Shown piece by piece: positions 1 to 9,274 of a DNA stretch of 64,000 nucleotides. The translations under genes and the position numbers were made by a program. Each line of letters begins with the position of its first letter. The first letter of the stretch is position 1. The stretch lies in NCBI GenBank assembly GCA_039589315.1, contig JBDHHQ010000010.1, forward strand, positions 1-64,000, written 5' to 3'. This DNA is from Gemmatimonadota bacterium (GTDB lineage: Bacteria > Gemmatimonadota > Gemmatimonadetes > Longimicrobiales > Gaopeijiaceae). The notes below the pieces were generated by a model, which worked only from the letters and a program-made list of their open reading frames with translations, was not told where the DNA came from and searched no databases.

Positions 1-87
1 TAGCCCGCTCGAAAAACTGGGGTCAAGAACCACGGCTCAGAGCCGCCGACCCTACCGCTCCAGTCGGGTAGCGCAGGGCGTAGCCCC

Positions 88-714
88 CTACCCAGTCGTG
101 AAGAACCGGATGTTGGGCGGCGCCACCCCGTGGGCCCGCAGGTAGGGCACGACCGAACCCCGGGTCCACTGGGCGTGCTCGATCCAATAGGTGGCCTCCC
201 GCCACTGGGGTAGCCGCTGACCGGTGAACATGGGGACGACTGCGGCCAAGTCCTCCGCGCTCATGCCGCCATACCGCTCGATGGCCCAGTCCCACCCCTC
301 CTCCAGCTGGACGATCATCACGGCCCGGTCGTTCAGGTAGGCGGTGGAATCCGCCGACGGCCCGCCGTTCTCCCGCCACGGCTGAAAGAAGTCGTGGGTG
401 ATGTGGGCGATCTGCTCAGCGAAGTCCCGGACGTCGGCGTTCGGCGCCCACCGCCACGCCGAATCGGGCATGGCCGCGGCGTATGCCATGTCCAACTGCC
501 TCTGGCGCTCGAAGGCCTCCAGCAGGTAGGCCCGCACCGCCTCGACGTCTTCCGGGGTTTGAGAGAGCGCGCCGTTCGGGGCTGGATCCGCGGTCGGGGC
601 TGGCCGCCCGGTCATGGCTGGATCCGCGGTCGGGGCCGGCTCGGGCAGGATGAATCCAGGCGCACCTCCGAGGAGCAGGATCGGGATCGCGGCCGGCGTA
701 AATCGTCGCTTCAT
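88..714 (-). CDS. Exported DinB/YfiT-like four-helix-bundle protein
   Basis: Signal-like N-terminus MKRRFTPAAIPILLLGG; DinB-like motifs AMPDSAWRWAP..VRDFAEQIAHI and IEHAQWTRG..VPYLRAHGVAPP. ATG 714 preferred over 729. Confidence 0.75.
   Translation of the reverse strand: MKRRFTPAAIPILLLGGAPGFILPEPAPTADPAMTGRPAPTADPAPNGALSQTPEDVEAVRAYLLEAFERQRQLDMAYAAAMPDSAWRWAPNADVRDFAEQIAHITHDFFQPWRENGGPSADSTAYLNDRAVMIVQLEEGWDWAIERYGGMSAEDLAAVVPMFTGQRLPQWREATYWIEHAQWTRGSVVPYLRAHGVAPPNIRFFTTG
580..636. repeat. 21-bp direct repeat (period 36 bp) inside the dinB-like gene
   Basis: GGCTGGATCCGCGGTCGGGGC at 580-600 and 616-636; encodes the twice-occurring PAPTADPA linker. Confidence 0.9.
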
Positions 715-875
715 GGCTGACTCGTGCATGGTCTATGGTGCGAATGCGTTGCGCAATCGAGCTCGGGGCCGGCAAGTGCCGACACGGTGATCTAGTGTCC
801 ACTTGACGCGGGCCCCGGCTCTCGCGCAACTGAACGGCGCCCTCACCAGCGGGCGTGCCCCTCCGTGTCGCCGGA

Positions 876-2141
876 ATGGAGGACGTTCCGGCGATTCGAA
901 TCCGCAGCAAGGGGCTCACCCGCTTCCACCCCAGCCCTGGCCCACACTTGTCCGGTCTCGCCGACGTCCCCGCCTACATCTGGACCTTCGTCGCCCTGGC
1001 GACCGGAGTGTTCCTGGGGGGTGCCTTCCCGGAGCCGCTTGCGCCCGTGGCCAGCGGCACGGCCGCCCTGATCCAGGCGGTGGTGATGCTGGTGCCGTTG
1101 CTGATCCTCGTGGCCTTGAGCCCTGCCATCGCCATACTGGTCCGCCGGGGGCTGGCCGGCCGCTTCGCCGGCAGCGTCGTTCTCTGGTACGTGGGCACGT
1201 CGGTCTTGGCCGGCTTGCTCGCGGTCGTCTTCTCCTCGCTGATCTTCCAGATCCCCTTCTCATCGGGGACGGGCCCCGCGTGGAGCGAGGTGCTTTCCAT
1301 GCTGACCACGTTCGGCAGCGGAGGCGCGTCCCTTCCTCTTCTCGCGATCGTGGCGGGGATCCTGCTCGGGATCTTCGGGGCCAGGCACGAGCCGACGTAC
1401 CGGCGTCTCCGCCGGATCGCCGACGGCATCGAGAACGCGGGGGATCGTCTCGGCTACATCATGATCCCGCTGGTCCTGGCCTTGGGGATCACGCTGGGGG
1501 TGCGGTTCGGCGCCCGACTCGGGCTGGCCCACTACGTGGCTCTGACCGGATACACTCTGGTGCTGTGCCTGCTGTGGTGGGCCTTTTACACGTTCGTCCT
1601 GGTCCGGCGCATCAGCCGCCGTCCTCTGCGCCCCATCCTGTCGGACTACTACGTGCCCACGGCGATCTTCGCCGCGGGCACGTGCTCGTCCCTGGCCACG
1701 CTGCCCATCAACCTGGCCAACGCGCGCAAGGTCGGTGTCCGCGAGGAGGTCGCGGAGTTCGTCCTGCCGTTCGGGGCGGTGGCCAACCTGGACGCCAGCG
1801 CCCTGGCCTACGTGGCGTACGGTCCCTTCATCATCTCGTACGTCTTCGGCTTCGACCTGAGCTGGACGGTTATGCTCGCGGCTTGGCCCGCCATCGTCCT
1901 GTTCACCATCGCGGCTCCGGGGCTGCCAGCCGGCATGGGCACGGCCCTGTGGAGCGCGACCCTCTTCGCCAGCGTCCTTGGGCTGGAGGGGCCGGCGCAA
2001 GGCGAATTCGTGGCCACCTGGCTGGCGCTTTCCGGAGGCATTCCCGACATGCTCCGCACCGCCACCAACTGTACCGGCGACGGCTACACCGCCATCATCT
2101 TCGACAGCCGCTTCGATCAGCTCTTCAGGAGAGACGCATGA
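876..2141 (+). CDS. Dicarboxylate/amino acid:cation symporter (DAACS/SDF family)
   Basis: Multiple TM segments; HP1-like motif AAGTCSSLATLP, TM7-like GAVANLDAS, TM8-like DMLRTATNCTGD. Start ATG 876 or GTG 855. Confidence 0.85.
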   Translation: MEDVPAIRIRSKGLTRFHPSPGPHLSGLADVPAYIWTFVALATGVFLGGAFPEPLAPVASGTAALIQAVVMLVPLLILVALSPAIAILVRRGLAGRFAGSVVLWYVGTSVLAGLLAVVFSSLIFQIPFSSGTGPAWSEVLSMLTTFGSGGASLPLLAIVAGILLGIFGARHEPTYRRLRRIADGIENAGDRLGYIMIPLVLALGITLGVRFGARLGLAHYVALTGYTLVLCLLWWAFYTFVLVRRISRRPLRPILSDYYVPTAIFAAGTCSSLATLPINLANARKVGVREEVAEFVLPFGAVANLDASALAYVAYGPFIISYVFGFDLSWTVMLAAWPAIVLFTIAAPGLPAGMGTALWSATLFASVLGLEGPAQGEFVATWLALSGGIPDMLRTATNCTGDGYTAIIFDSRFDQLFRRDA

Positions 2142-3109
2142 CCGGACCCGACCTGCGGCCAGGCGCGCGCCGACTCGTCACCGTCAACGCTCGGGTCGCT
2201 CCGGACGAGCAGGTCGTGGTGGTGACCGACCCGAGCATGGAGCCGTACGCCAACCTGGTTGTCGAGGCGGCGAGCGAGGTGGGCGGGCGGGTGACCAAGT
2301 GCGTGATGCCCCGGCGCAATCAGGACGGCCAGGAGCCACCGGAGCCCGTCGCCGCGGCCATGCGGGAGGCACAGGTGATCCTCTCGCCCGTGGCCATCTC
2401 GATCACCCACACCCGGGCCATGCGCGCCGCTCTGGAAGCCGGCGCCCGCGCGGTGCTGATGACGGCCTACACCGACGACATCCTCACGAGCGACGCCCTG
2501 CTCGAGACCGACTTCGATGCGCAGGCCGCGGTCTGTCGTCGAATCGGAGACGCGTTTACCAACGGCTCCCGCGTGCGCCTGACCTCTCCCCGGGGCACGG
2601 ACCTGACGTTCTCCATCGAAGGACGGACGGCGAACGTGCTCACCAACGTGCCGGATCCGGGAGAGCTGGCGCCCGTCCCCGACATCGAGGTCAACGTGGT
2701 ACCGCTGGAGGGGACCGCCCAGGGCAGGCTCGTCATGGACGCATCGGTGCCCTACCTGGACATCGGCATCCTGGACGAGCCCATCTTCTGCGACGTGAAG
2801 GACGGGTTTATCACGCACATGAAGGGCGGGCCCCAGGCGGAGCTGCTGCTCGAGCATCTGGAGGCGTTCGGCGACCGGAACTGCTTCCACGTGGCCGAGC
2901 TTGGCGTAGGGCTGAACCCCAACGCCCGCCTGACCGGGGAGATGCTCGAGGACGAAGGTGTCCTGGGGACCATCCACATAGGGATCGGCACCAGCCACAC
3001 GCTGGGCGGCGACGTCGTGGCCCCTACCCACTACGACCTGCTCATGTGGCAGCCCACGATCGAGGTGGACGATCGCGTGATCCAGCGGGACAAGGAGATC
3101 GTCGTGTGA
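2138..3109 (+). CDS. M29/AmpS-like (thermophilic metalloprotease-like) aminopeptidase, paralog 1
   Basis: ATGA overlap with transporter stop; motifs EQVVVVTD, RLTSPRGTDLTF, PDIEVNVVP, AELGVGLNP, EDEGVLGTIHIGIG, THYD. Confidence 0.8.
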   Translation: MTGPDLRPGARRLVTVNARVAPDEQVVVVTDPSMEPYANLVVEAASEVGGRVTKCVMPRRNQDGQEPPEPVAAAMREAQVILSPVAISITHTRAMRAALEAGARAVLMTAYTDDILTSDALLETDFDAQAAVCRRIGDAFTNGSRVRLTSPRGTDLTFSIEGRTANVLTNVPDPGELAPVPDIEVNVVPLEGTAQGRLVMDASVPYLDIGILDEPIFCDVKDGFITHMKGGPQAELLLEHLEAFGDRNCFHVAELGVGLNPNARLTGEMLEDEGVLGTIHIGIGTSHTLGGDVVAPTHYDLLMWQPTIEVDDRVIQRDKEIVV

Positions 3110-3217
3110 GGGCGCCGATCGCCCGATCGAGCGGGACTCGAGCGTGTGCGCTTGAAGGAAGCGAGGATTGCGAGTGAGCGATCGGATCCCGGCCGATGGC
3201 GGAAGGACCGGCTCGAC

Positions 3218-4246
3218 ATGAAGGAAGACTCACGGCCTGGTCTCGAGCGTGGCGACGAGCTCGACGTGACCGAAGCCCGCGGGCTCGCCGACGGCGCCGA
3301 GATCCTGATCCATACGTGCGCCCGGGTCCGGCCCGAGGAGCGGGTGGTCATCGTGACGGACCCCGACCGCCGAAGCATCGCGCAAGCGCTGGCCAGCGCG
3401 GCGGAGGCGGCCGAGGCGCTGCCCTCGCTGGTCGTCCCCCCGCCGCGGACCATCGACAACGAGGAGCCGCCGTCAGCCGTGGCCGCCGCGCTGGCCAACG
3501 CCGACGTGGTCTTCCTTCCCGTCTCTCTCGCCCTGGCCCACACGAGTGCGGTCCGTGAGGCCATCGCCCAGGGCGCCCGCGTCGTGTCCATGACGGCCTT
3601 CACCAGGCGGATGATGCGGGAGGGAGGACTGTTCACGGACTTCGTGGCGCGGCGGCCGGTATGTCGCGGGCTGGCCAAGCGCCTTACGGAGGGAGCCCGC
3701 CTGCGCGTGACCGCTCCCGGCGGGACGGACCTGACCATGAGCCTGGAAGGCTGCACCGGGAACAGCCACGCCTGCATCCTCGACGGCCCCGGCTTCACCG
3801 CGGTCCCCAACATCGAGGCCAACGTGGCGCCGGCGCAGGGCTCGGCCGAGGGCGTCTTCGTGGTGGACGGGAGCATCCCCTACTACGGCGTGGGCGTGAT
3901 CACGGACCCCGTCACCTTCGGGATCGAGGCAGGGTTCGTGAGGTCCATCGAGGGCGGCGACCAGGCCGCCCTTCTGGACCAGCTCCTGGCCGAACAGGAT
4001 GACCCGTGGGTCTACAACGTGGCCCAGTTCGCCTTCGGCTTGAACCCGGACTGCACCGACTTCACCGGCGAGATGCTGAACGACGAGGGCGTGGACGGCA
4101 CCGTTCACCTGGGCGTCGGCACCTCCGCCAACCTGGGAGGCGACGTCACGGCCAAGACCCACTTCGACGCCATCATCCGCGCACCGACGGTGTGGATCGA
4201 CGACGAGGTGGTGGTGGAGGACGGAGCGGTGGTCGCCACGAGCTGA
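3218..4246 (+). CDS. M29/AmpS-like aminopeptidase, paralog 2
   Basis: Motifs ERVVIVTD, RVTAPGGTDLTM, PNIEANVAP, AQFAFGLNP, NDEGVDGTVHLGVG, THFD; collinear with paralog 1. Start uncertain (ATG 3218 or nearby GTG). Confidence 0.8.
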   Translation: MKEDSRPGLERGDELDVTEARGLADGAEILIHTCARVRPEERVVIVTDPDRRSIAQALASAAEAAEALPSLVVPPPRTIDNEEPPSAVAAALANADVVFLPVSLALAHTSAVREAIAQGARVVSMTAFTRRMMREGGLFTDFVARRPVCRGLAKRLTEGARLRVTAPGGTDLTMSLEGCTGNSHACILDGPGFTAVPNIEANVAPAQGSAEGVFVVDGSIPYYGVGVITDPVTFGIEAGFVRSIEGGDQAALLDQLLAEQDDPWVYNVAQFAFGLNPDCTDFTGEMLNDEGVDGTVHLGVGTSANLGGDVTAKTHFDAIIRAPTVWIDDEVVVEDGAVVATS

Positions 4247-4341
4247 CGACCACCGCTCCTGATAGTCTCGCCCCTCAGGGTCGGTTCACGGCCGGTCTCT
4301 CGCGACTCGGCTGCCTCGTTCAAGGAGGTGCTCCGAGACCC

Positions 4342-4764
4342 CTAAGCGGCTGCTTCCGAAGAAATCTTACCGCCCTTGTACATCACCGCGACGATGACGC
4401 CGTACACCAGGTGCCCCATGAGGCCGCCCATGATCATCATCACGTCACCGCCGGAGAATACCGGTGCGCCCATCATCGGCATCACCGCGATCTGCGCCAG
4501 GAGGAACACGAGGAAGCCGAAGATGGCGCCGCGAGCGGCGGGGCCACCCGGCAGGCGGCTCCAGATCATGGCGTAGATGACGGCCAGCACCGAGCCGATC
4601 ACGAAGTGCATGACCCAACCGGCCGCGGTGCCGAAGCCGGTGAAGGCTCCGAGCATGGCGCCGATGTTCATCTCGGGCATGCCCATCATGGGCCCGACCA
4701 GCATCAAGACTGTCATGGCGGCCGTGCCTGCCAGCCCTGCCGTAACCGCGCGACGTGCGTCCAT
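4342..4764 (-). CDS. Small Met/Gly-rich four-TM membrane protein (DUF6789-like)
   Basis: AGLAGTAAMT..., GWVMHFVIG, LMGHLVYG; four hydrophobic segments with two conserved-looking His; GGAG upstream. Confidence 0.7.
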   Translation of the reverse strand: MDARRAVTAGLAGTAAMTVLMLVGPMMGMPEMNIGAMLGAFTGFGTAAGWVMHFVIGSVLAVIYAMIWSRLPGGPAARGAIFGFLVFLLAQIAVMPMMGAPVFSGGDVMMIMGGLMGHLVYGVIVAVMYKGGKISSEAAA

Positions 4765-4961
4765 AGCGTGCTCCCAGTGGGGGGATTCCGGGACCCCGGT
4801 CGAGGTGGGGCCTCCTGCGCGACCACCGCGTTCGGCAGTGAATGCGCCAGCCTTCAGGCGAATCCGGTGAGCCGCCCAGGGGTTCCGTCCGGGCCAAGCG
4901 GGACTGGAGGATGAGGCGCATCACGAAGGGCCTCTGTGGTGCCCAACGCTTCTTCCGAACA

Positions 4962-5002
4962 TTGATTCGCCCACTGCTTAGTTGTACAATTTAGTTGTAC
5001 AA
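4962..5002 (+). promoter_or_regulatory. sigma70-like promoter with two TGTACA operator palindromes for the yefM-yoeB operon
   Basis: TTGATT (4962-4967), 17-nt spacer, TACAAT (4985-4990); TTGTACAA at 4982-4989 and 4995-5002 (direct repeat TTAGTTGTACAA). Confidence 0.85.
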
Positions 5003-5070
5003 GTCTTCTGGAGTCGAGGATGACGTCCAAGAGACGATGACGTGGAGTCGTGTGTGACGAGGAGCCAGGA

Positions 5071-5349
5071 ATGCCCAAGACGGTGAGCTACAGCTACGCC
5101 CGTCAGAACCTCGCCAGTATCCTGAAGGCGGCGGAAGACCGGCAGGAGCCGATCATCATCACCCGCCGCAACCAGGAGGACATGGCGGTTATTCCTTCCT
5201 CGGAGTTGGAGAGACTTCAAGAGACCGCCCACCTTCTTCGGTCTCCCAAGAACGCTCGCCGTCTGCTGCGGGCCCTTCAACGCGCGCTCGACGATACCGT
5301 CTCCCCTCAGAGTGTGAGCGAGCTCCGGGAAGAGGTGGGTGTCGAGTAG
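5071..5349 (+). CDS. yefM: Type II antitoxin, Phd/YefM family
   Basis: SYSYARQNLASIL, EPIIITRR, LQETAHLLRSPKNARRL; RBS upstream of ATG 5071. Confidence 0.95.
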   Translation: MPKTVSYSYARQNLASILKAAEDRQEPIIITRRNQEDMAVIPSSELERLQETAHLLRSPKNARRLLRALQRALDDTVSPQSVSELREEVGVE

Positions 5350-5650
5350 AAGACAGGCACCGCGGAAGGGACAATCCACGGGCGAGGATCGCAGCAGGCT
5401 CTCCGTCTTTCAAGACGAGTTTCGCGAGGATCTGCGGTTCTGGGTCGAAGCCGACCGCAAAGTGGCGGTGCGTGTGCTCAAGCTGGTCGAGGCCCTCATG
5501 CGCGATCCCTTCCGGGGCATCGGCAAGCCCGAGCCTCTGCGGCACCTGGCCGCCAATCTCTGGTCGCGGCGCGTCACGGAGGAGCATCGCCTCGTCTACC
5601 TGGTGCGCGACGACCGAATCGACTTCCTGCAGTGTCGATATCACTACTGA
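5339..5650 (+). CDS. yoeB: Type II toxin, Txe/YoeB family mRNA interferase
   Basis: RDPFRGIGKPEPLRH, WSRRVTEEHRLVY, C-terminal QCRYHY; overlaps the antitoxin 3' end. Confidence 0.95.
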   Translation: MSSRRQAPRKGQSTGEDRSRLSVFQDEFREDLRFWVEADRKVAVRVLKLVEALMRDPFRGIGKPEPLRHLAANLWSRRVTEEHRLVYLVRDDRIDFLQCRYHY

Positions 5651-5663
5651 ACACGCGGTGCGA

Positions 5664-5745
5664 GGGCGCGACACAAAGGACGGGGGCCGCGCCGCTCGGG
5701 CGCGACACAACAGACAGGGGGCCGCGCCATCCGGGCGCGACCCCC
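5664..5745. repeat. Tandem 34-35-bp repeats containing a GC hairpin (possible terminator) between convergent genes
   Basis: GGGCGCGACACAA...GGGGGCCGCGCC units at 5664-5697 and 5698-5732, plus a partial third unit; hairpin GGGGGCCGCGCC-ATCC-GGGCGCGACCCCC. Confidence 0.7.
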
Positions 5746-5821
5746 ATCGCTGAGCGAATCCCTGGGCGCACCCAACGACCCTTGTGATCGTCGGGCGGCC
5801 CCTTTCCCGCCCCTCCCGCCT

Positions 5822-8800
5822 TCACTCCTCCTGCCGGCTCGCGATCACGTTGGGCAGGTCGCGCTCCTGCAGGATCCGGTTGAACTCGGGCAAGTCGGTC
5901 CCGAGCACTACCTCCAGCTCGGCCTGGGCTGAACGGAGCTGCTCGCGGAGCACCTGGTGCACCTCGTGCTCCGAATCGGTGGGTGGGTAGTCACCGACGG
6001 CGACCCCGTTCGCCAGGTGTCCCAGCTTGCCGACGACCATGGCGGGATAGCGCACGCCGTCTTGGCCGTAACCAGTCACCGCCAGGTTGATCAGCTGGCT
6101 CTCCACCGCGATGAGCTTCTCGTCGAGCCCGTGCGAAGCCGCGATCACCGTCTCGGCATCGCCCTGGTCACCCAGCAGATCGTTCATGTCGTAGAGCTGA
6201 CGCCGGATCCACTCGATCTGGTTGATGGCACTGGCGGCCTCGTTCATGTCGGTCTTGAGCTCGGCCATGAGGGCCAGCTGCAGCTCGATGTCCGCCATGG
6301 TGCCCTCGGAGTTGGGGTCCTTCCGGACCTCCAGCTGCTGCGACGAGGTCTGGCCGTCTACCTCGAGGGTCACCGTGTAGGTGCCCGGCGACGCGAGTAG
6401 TGCGATGCGTCCTCGCGGCGCCTCGCGCCACCGCTCGTCCCCGAGGTCGACCCAGTCGGAATACAGCGGCTTGGTCCGCAGCTTGATCATGGTGGACGGC
6501 TCGGTCTCGAGGTCCCACCAGACTCGGTTGATTCCGGCGTCCGTCGAGCCTTCCATCGTGCGGATCACGTCGCCGTCCGCGTTCGCGACGGTGAGCGTCG
6601 CCGACCCCGCCTCGGACCCCAGCCAGTAGTTGATGGACGCTCCATACGGCGGGTTCTCGCCGTCGCTCTGGTCGTCGGACATGGGCCAGATGTTGGTCAC
6701 CGGCCTAAAGCGGTATGCCGCCCGGGGCTCGAAGAGATGAGAGGCCTGAGCCATGACGTCGGGCGTGAGCTGCTGGAACGGGGTGATGTCGTCCAGGATC
6801 CAGAACCCCCGCCCATACGTCCCGATGACCAGATCGTTGAAGTGCTCCTGCACCGCGATCCAGTACATGGGCGCCGGCGGCATGTTCGTCTGCATGTTCT
6901 GCCAGCTGGCGCCGTCGTCGAACGATATGTACAGCGCGTTCTCGGTTCCCAGATACAGGAGGCCGGGCCGCACCGGGTCCTCGCGTATATTCCGGGCGTA
7001 GCTCAGCAGGCTGTCAGACACGCCGGCGACGATCTTGGTCCACGTAGCCCCGAAGTCCTCGGTCTTATATACGTGGGGCTCGAAGTTCCCGACTTGATGG
7101 TGCTCGACCGTCATATACGCCTTGCCGGCGTCCCACTTCGACGCGTCGATATTCCGCACGACGCCGTCCGGCGGGAGGTCGGGGACATTCGCGGTGACGT
7201 CCGTCCAGGTGGCACCGCCGTCCTGGCTGACGTGAACCAGGCCGTCATTGGTGCCCACCCAGAACACGCCTTCGGTCACCGGCGACTCGTCGAACGCGTA
7301 GATCACGCAGCAGTACTCCACGCCGATGTTGTCGGGCGTGAGTCCGCCGGAGATGGTCTGCTTGGACTTGTCGTTGGTGGTCAGGTCAGGGCTGATCACA
7401 TCCCACGTCTGTCCGCCGTTGGTCGTGCGGTGGACGTGCTGGCTCGTCACGTAGATGGTGTTGTTGTCGTGGGGCGAGATCAGCACGGGGAACGTCCACT
7501 GGAACCGGTAGCGGAGCTCGGCCGCGGGCCAGCCACCCGTGCTCTCGGGCCAAACCTCGACCTGACGGTATTGGCCGTTCTGGGCGTTCCAGCGAGTCAT
7601 GATGCCACCCCGGGCTCCCGATCCCGAAGCGCTGGACCACACGATGTTGTGGTCGGTCGGGTCGGGCGTCGCGAAGCCGCTCTCGCCGCCGCCCACCTCT
7701 TGCCACGCTCCCCGGGGAATCGTGGCGCCCCTGCGGCCCACGGTCCGTGTGTTGCTGGGACCCCGCTGGGACGGACCGTCCTGCCGGTTCCCCATCACGT
7801 TGTAGGGAATCGCGTTGTCCACGGTCACGTGGTACATCTGCCCGACCGGCAGCTGGATGCGCTTCCACGCGCCGCCGCGATTCTCCGAGATGGACAGCCC
7901 CTGGTCGTGGGCCACGATCATGCGGTCGCCGTCGCCCGGATCGATCCACATGTCGTGGTGATCGCCGCCGGGCGCGTTGCTCCGCGGGATCGTCACGTAG
8001 GTGTGTCCGCCGTCCAGCGACCGGGAGAAGCCGTTGGTCATGAAGTAGGCTTCGTCCGGGTCGTCGGTGGAGACCGCACAGTGGTTGTAGTAGGCCGTAC
8101 GGCCACCCAGATCGCGGCTGTGGTTCACGAGCATCCAGGACTCGCCGCCGTCATCCGACCGCCACAGCTCACCGGTGTCGGTCTCCTGTCCCTTCCACGG
8201 CACGCCGTCGCCCGTCTCGATCAAGGCGTAGATGCGGTCCGAGTCGGCCGGCGTCATGCACAGGCCGATCTTGCCGATGGGCGGATCCGGCAGACCCGGC
8301 CCCTCGATGCGGGTCCAGGTGTCGCCGCCGTCCCGGGTCATCAACATGCCGCTGCCCGGTCCGCCGCTCTCACGCACCCAGGTCCGCAGGGCGAACTCCC
8401 ACATGCCAGCGATCAGGATGCGGGGGTTGTGCGGATCCATCACCAGATCCGACACGCCGGTGTTCTCGTCCACGAACAGGATCTGCTCCCACGTCTCGCC
8501 GCCGTCCGTCGTGCGGTGGACGCCGCGGATGGTCTGGGTGGAATAGCCGTGCCCCATCACCCCCGCGTAGACCACGTCGGGGTCGTACGGGTGGATGAGG
8601 ACGCGGGCGATCCGGCCGGCGCCCTCGAGGCCCATGTGCTGCCAGGTGTCGCCGCCGTCGGTGGATTTCCACACGCCATTGCCGATGGAGACGTTGGAGC
8701 GGATGTGCGGCTCGCCGGTGCCGGCCCAGACGATCTGCGGATCGGAGGCGGCCACGGCCAATGTGCCCACGGCGTGGACCGGCTGGTCGTCGAAGACGGG

Positions 8801-9064
8801 CTCCCAGTTGATGCCGCCGTCCGTGGTGCGCCAGATCCCTCCGGTGGCGGCGCCTGCGTAGTAGGTGAACCGGTCTCCCGGAGCGCCCACCACCGAGGAG
8901 ATGCGGTTGCCCACGGGTCCGATGTGGCGGTAGTGGAGCGCGTCGTATTGATCAGGGCTGATCTGCTGCCCCTGCAAGGCCGTCGGAGGCGTCGTAGCGG
9001 TGAAGGTGAGCGGGATCGCCAAGAGGATGGCGAGGAATGAGCGGAAGTGCGCTGGTCTGGTCAT
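5822..9064 (-). CDS. Exported VPS10/sortilin-like BNR-repeat beta-propeller protein (putative glycosyl hydrolase)
   Basis: Signal peptide; many Asp-box repeats (RTTDGGINW, KSTDGGDTW, RSDDGGESW, RTTNGGQTW, SQDGGATW); YRHIGP, GTYGRGFWILDD; helical C-terminus. Confidence 0.88.
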   Translation of the reverse strand: MTRPAHFRSFLAILLAIPLTFTATTPPTALQGQQISPDQYDALHYRHIGPVGNRISSVVGAPGDRFTYYAGAATGGIWRTTDGGINWEPVFDDQPVHAVGTLAVAASDPQIVWAGTGEPHIRSNVSIGNGVWKSTDGGDTWQHMGLEGAGRIARVLIHPYDPDVVYAGVMGHGYSTQTIRGVHRTTDGGETWEQILFVDENTGVSDLVMDPHNPRILIAGMWEFALRTWVRESGGPGSGMLMTRDGGDTWTRIEGPGLPDPPIGKIGLCMTPADSDRIYALIETGDGVPWKGQETDTGELWRSDDGGESWMLVNHSRDLGGRTAYYNHCAVSTDDPDEAYFMTNGFSRSLDGGHTYVTIPRSNAPGGDHHDMWIDPGDGDRMIVAHDQGLSISENRGGAWKRIQLPVGQMYHVTVDNAIPYNVMGNRQDGPSQRGPSNTRTVGRRGATIPRGAWQEVGGGESGFATPDPTDHNIVWSSASGSGARGGIMTRWNAQNGQYRQVEVWPESTGGWPAAELRYRFQWTFPVLISPHDNNTIYVTSQHVHRTTNGGQTWDVISPDLTTNDKSKQTISGGLTPDNIGVEYCCVIYAFDESPVTEGVFWVGTNDGLVHVSQDGGATWTDVTANVPDLPPDGVVRNIDASKWDAGKAYMTVEHHQVGNFEPHVYKTEDFGATWTKIVAGVSDSLLSYARNIREDPVRPGLLYLGTENALYISFDDGASWQNMQTNMPPAPMYWIAVQEHFNDLVIGTYGRGFWILDDITPFQQLTPDVMAQASHLFEPRAAYRFRPVTNIWPMSDDQSDGENPPYGASINYWLGSEAGSATLTVANADGDVIRTMEGSTDAGINRVWWDLETEPSTMIKLRTKPLYSDWVDLGDERWREAPRGRIALLASPGTYTVTLEVDGQTSSQQLEVRKDPNSEGTMADIELQLALMAELKTDMNEAASAINQIEWIRRQLYDMNDLLGDQGDAETVIAASHGLDEKLIAVESQLINLAVTGYGQDGVRYPAMVVGKLGHLANGVAVGDYPPTDSEHEVHQVLREQLRSAQAELEVVLGTDLPEFNRILQERDLPNVIASRQEE

Positions 9065-9274
9065 GACCCCCCCTGGTTTGACGGGTGTTCCAGGGAGTGT
9101 ACGTGGAGGGTGGCCGATGCGCACGGTCCGACCGGTCGATGCGGCCGGGTCCAGGATAGGCCAGCGAGCGAGCCATACGAATCTCCCACCCGGCTGGGGC
9201 GCCGAGCGGGAGCGTTCGATCGTGGGATGGGCGGTCCGGCCGAGTCCACGGGGCCGGATGCGCGTTCTCCTACG

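Noticed and set aside
803..2137. N-terminal 445 aa of the 768-aa ORF as a fusion to the aminopeptidase
   Set aside because: It is an off-frame shadow of the DAACS gene; the real start is the ATGA-coupled ATG at 2138.
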